In this document: piece by piece, positions 60,678 through 64,000 of the stretch
Layout of the letters: each line of letters starts with the position of its first letter
Position numbering within the stretch: position 1 is the stretch's first letter
Assembly (NCBI RefSeq): GCF_041146345.1
Contig: NW_027191419.1
Span: 744,001 to 808,000 of the forward strand
DNA: 64,000 bases
DNA from: Neodothiora populina
Lineage: Eukaryota
Direction: 5' to 3'
Position numbers and translations under genes: made by a program
The notes under the pieces: generated by a model
Databases searched by the model: none
Seen by the model: only the letters and a program-made list of their open reading frames with translations
Told to the model about the DNA's origin: nothing

Positions 60678-62542
60678 CGCATGAACATCCCGGACCACGC
60701 GCCGCGACCTGCATAAGATATATTGATTGATCTGTACGACAGACTGTGGGCAAGGGCCATGGGTTTACCGGGGCCGCAGCTGCAACTCCGCTTGTACCGT
60801 GTACTCTCAGAGATCCAAGCAACAGTGATCCTGCCCCTCACATAGTGAAAGACATCAACCAAACCAAGTCATATGCAGGCACGTCTCACGGCTGAAGTCG
60901 GTTTGCCCCGATCAATAATCATTATTTCTTCTGCATATCCAGCAGTCAACCTTCAGAACTGTCGATGGCAAATCAGTATACCGATGATCCAGGCTCCGCA
61001 TATTACACCGAGACATATTCATCCCTCCCTGGTCCAAGGAAAGATAGTCTGATCCGCCTGCATCCGCATTCACGCCATCATTGACTGTAAAGTATGTTGT
61101 GCATAGCCCCTGCAAGCCCACGAGGTCGATACATGCTTCCCAGCTTCACAGCTTGGACATCATAGATGGTACCTACGATCTGCACATATCGCGTCGAAAA
61201 CTTGCACAGCTTTGACACTGTAGTGTCCTTTCACATCCGTAAGTACAAGGATGGCCCGCTATGACAGATTTGCTCAGCTTTCACTGCACTATACACAAGG
61301 ATCCGTGCCGTACAGCAGTGCCGAATCCGGGCGCAGACATCTTCCCTCCAGAAGTTGAAGACTTAGCGTGCACTTCAAATCTAGACATCTTGCGGCCGAG
61401 GTTAATGTTGGCGAATGATTTATATTCGGCAATTGAACGGCGAATACCTCGGAGCAATCTTCGTGAGCTGCTGAATTTACAGTCGTAGCAAGCCACTAGA
61501 TTATTGCAATCCAGGTCCAGGCTCACAAAGTCATCCACCCAAACTTGCTTGACTAGCCGGTCCACCCATTCGACTGGACATCACGATTCAGTTCTTTGGT
61601 TGACGAAGGCAGTGCGGCTGTCTCGGGGTCATACCATTCCAGATACGACTCGCCAGCCAGCTTCGCCCAGGCGAATGAATCGACTTTCGCCAGGCAGTCC
61701 GCTTGTTTCCAAATGGCTCCTTGTTCGAAACGTAAGACGAGTGCTAGACAATGGTGTGCGACGTTTTCGGAGCCACACGAGCTCAGCAGCAGCACTGTCA
61801 TCGTTAAATCCTGCGCTGGGTACTAAACTGACTCGGGCAACCTTGAGGCGCATCTCAACGCGTAGAACCCGAGTTATTGTTACCAGGTGATTCTCAACAA
61901 ACCGCGCATTTTGACTTCATTATGGGACTTTCTTCTCCAAATGCACTCCCTTCAGAAGAGGGTTTCGTAACCTTGCAGAGCTGGTACTGCCTTTCCTCAA
62001 CTCTACCCTCAACTGAAATCCCATTTTTTCAAAATTATACAAACAGTAGTTGCTACATCTTCTCTGGTGGATTACGAAAGCATCTAGTTGGCATTCAAGT
62101 CGTATGCCGTGCTACAAAGACAGGAAGTGAGAAGCGTGAACTGGATGGCGTGCCTTGATAGCGTGGACGGAGATATTGGACAGGGTCGCTACCTCGTCGA
62201 AAGAACACCTAATTCAGATGCCTTGGTACTCGTCGAGTTGTCGAGTCGTCGAGTATAAGACAGACAACGAATGTCCATTGTTACGAGCTACAAGTTTCAG
62301 GTTCGAGTGCTGTAAGCCATAAGCAATTCACAGAGCAGCTATGAAGCAATATTTCGGCCACATTCACGACTTCGAGTAAGCGTCACAAACAAGCAGCTTT
62401 TCTCCACTACTTCGAGACTTGGTTTCTATCTGTGCAACAAGATCTAATCTATGTTCGTGAACATGCTAATCATGATCGATTAGTCATTTTGAATCCAAAC
62501 GGAGAACAAGCCTAAATCAAAAGTAGACGTTTGCCTACAAGC

Positions 62543-63766
62543 TCAAGGCCAGTACTTGTTAAGGAAAGCAACGATGTTCTTGACCCAAGGAGCGTCCAGG
62601 GTAACCTCTCCGTCGAATCCGTGCTCGCCATCTGGGGTCTCTACGTGCATGGGCACCTCGGGAAGAAGCTGACCCAACTTCTTCGCAAAGTCAATAGTGT
62701 TATCGCATGGGACCTATAGTGATCGGATCAGCCATGTGCGATGCGGAATACCATGTAAGCTATCTCGGTAGGACTCGATGATCATCACTTACGACAGAAT
62801 CTTGCTTTCCGTGTGTAAAAGCGATGGGAGGAAAGCTCTTCACCCCCTCGATTCCCTTGATCGGGTTTGCTCTGGGGCCTTTGCCGACAGCGTCGCCCAG
62901 CTTGCCGGCATTCAGGTAGGCGACAGCAAGGGGCCACAATTCCCCAGGTGATGCCTCGAGGCGGACCTTTGGGTTGGGCACATCTACGTGCTTGGCATGG
63001 TACGCTGCGATGAACTCATTCGCTTTCGCGAGGGGTTGAGCAGGTTCACCGAAGATGACACCGCCTGGGGCGCTGAAGTTGGGGTGGTCCATGTCCACCG
63101 AGCCGTATTGAGACACGATTGCCTTGATGCCTGCATTTGGGCATAGAATGCCAGACTGTATAGAGAGATAGCCACCTGAGCTTCGACTCAGCACTGTCTC
63201 ACACGTTTGCGCATCGCCAGAGAATTGGTTTCACGGATGCGCGAGCTCATGCCTGGCGATGGATAGAAATGAACTCACCAGCACTCTCACCGAAGACAGC
63301 AAGACTGTTCAGGTCGACCTCAAGCTTTCCTTCAGTTGATTTCTGGACTTCCTTGTTCAAGTCGCTGTGCAACCAGGTGAAGAACGACTCGACGTCATCT
63401 AACATGTCGTCGGTCGTGGCCTCGGGCAGGAGACGGTAGTCAGGGCTGACGACAATAGCTCCCCTCTGCTCCGCAAGTTGCATAAGCCTGGGGGTGATAC
63501 GAGGTTAGCAGACACAAACCTTATAGAACATAGTGTTCACTAAAGACTAGCGACTTTAAGAGAACTCACCAAGCACCGAACCAAGGTTCAAACATCCTCG
63601 AACCAAGCATGTAGCCGCCGCCATGCCAGTGAACCATGACGGGACGCTTGTCACTGGCGAAAGGCTTCTTGGGCACCATGATGGAGGTCTTCAGCGACAA
63701 GCCCGCCACGGTCTTGTAGACCACGCCATCGGTGATGTTAAACAAGCCGAACTTCGTCACAGACAT
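62543..63766 (-). CDS. Alpha/beta hydrolase (HSL/GDXG-like esterase), 4 exons (63766-63570, 63487-63279, 63175-62793, 62713-62543)
   Basis: HWHGGG, PDYRLLPE, nucleophile elbow GESAGG, HGKQDSVVP and GEHGFD. The complete Ser-Asp-His triad is recovered by splicing. Confidence 0.9.
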
Positions 63767-64000
63767 GATTGTATGTAGATATGTGGATGTAGGAAATCAG
63801 AAGGACTCGACAACTCAGATCCGATTAATATTGCAGAACAGATATATCAATAAGTCGGTCAATAATAATGAGGGGCAACGGCTCATGACATTTCGGATCC
63901 GTACAACCTCAGTGGTTCGGCATTAGCGCTCTACTATCCGTTCCGGTGGGGAGCTTATGAATCCGCGGGGCATTCCGCAGGCATCTTCAAGTAGATTGAG

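Noticed and set aside
578..63766. Apparent excess of 3n-length introns (9 of 22 by my count) and cryptic readthrough or PTS1 signals
   Set aside because: 9 of 22 is close to the one-third expectation, and I saw no TGA-CTA readthrough context at the stop codons I checked.

Overview
Eukaryotic DNA from a filamentous ascomycete (Pezizomycotina): short GT-AG introns with CTRAC branch sites, intron-containing tRNAs and a solitary dispersed 5S rRNA gene. The exact taxon cannot be fixed from the sequence alone. I hand-spliced about 21 protein genes: choline/ethanolamine kinase, an atypical Ser/Thr kinase, a DUF3455 protein, a C2H2 transcription factor, Mis12/Mtw1, PhoD alkaline phosphatase, a SLATT-fungal 2TM protein, a transcription-factor-like protein lacking a Zn cluster, an Ato/GPR1 acetate transporter, a stand-alone minimal RNase III, a Pib2-like FYVE protein, an HSP20 with a His/Pro/RGG-rich extension, CENP-X/Mhf2, an SDR, an F-box protein, an MFS transporter, NADAR/YbiA, an auxin-efflux-carrier-family protein, a histidine acid phosphatase, the Pbs2 MAPKK and an alpha/beta hydrolase. 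There are also three Pol III genes (tRNA-Tyr, tRNA-Met, 5S). I found no transposon, CRISPR array or secondary-metabolite cluster, and I cannot demonstrate a new multi-gene system. The best leads are single genes: the minimal RNase III with a substituted catalytic signature, the orphan SLATT and NADAR genes, and enzymes with altered active-site motifs. Family assignments rest on recalled motifs, not on database searches.
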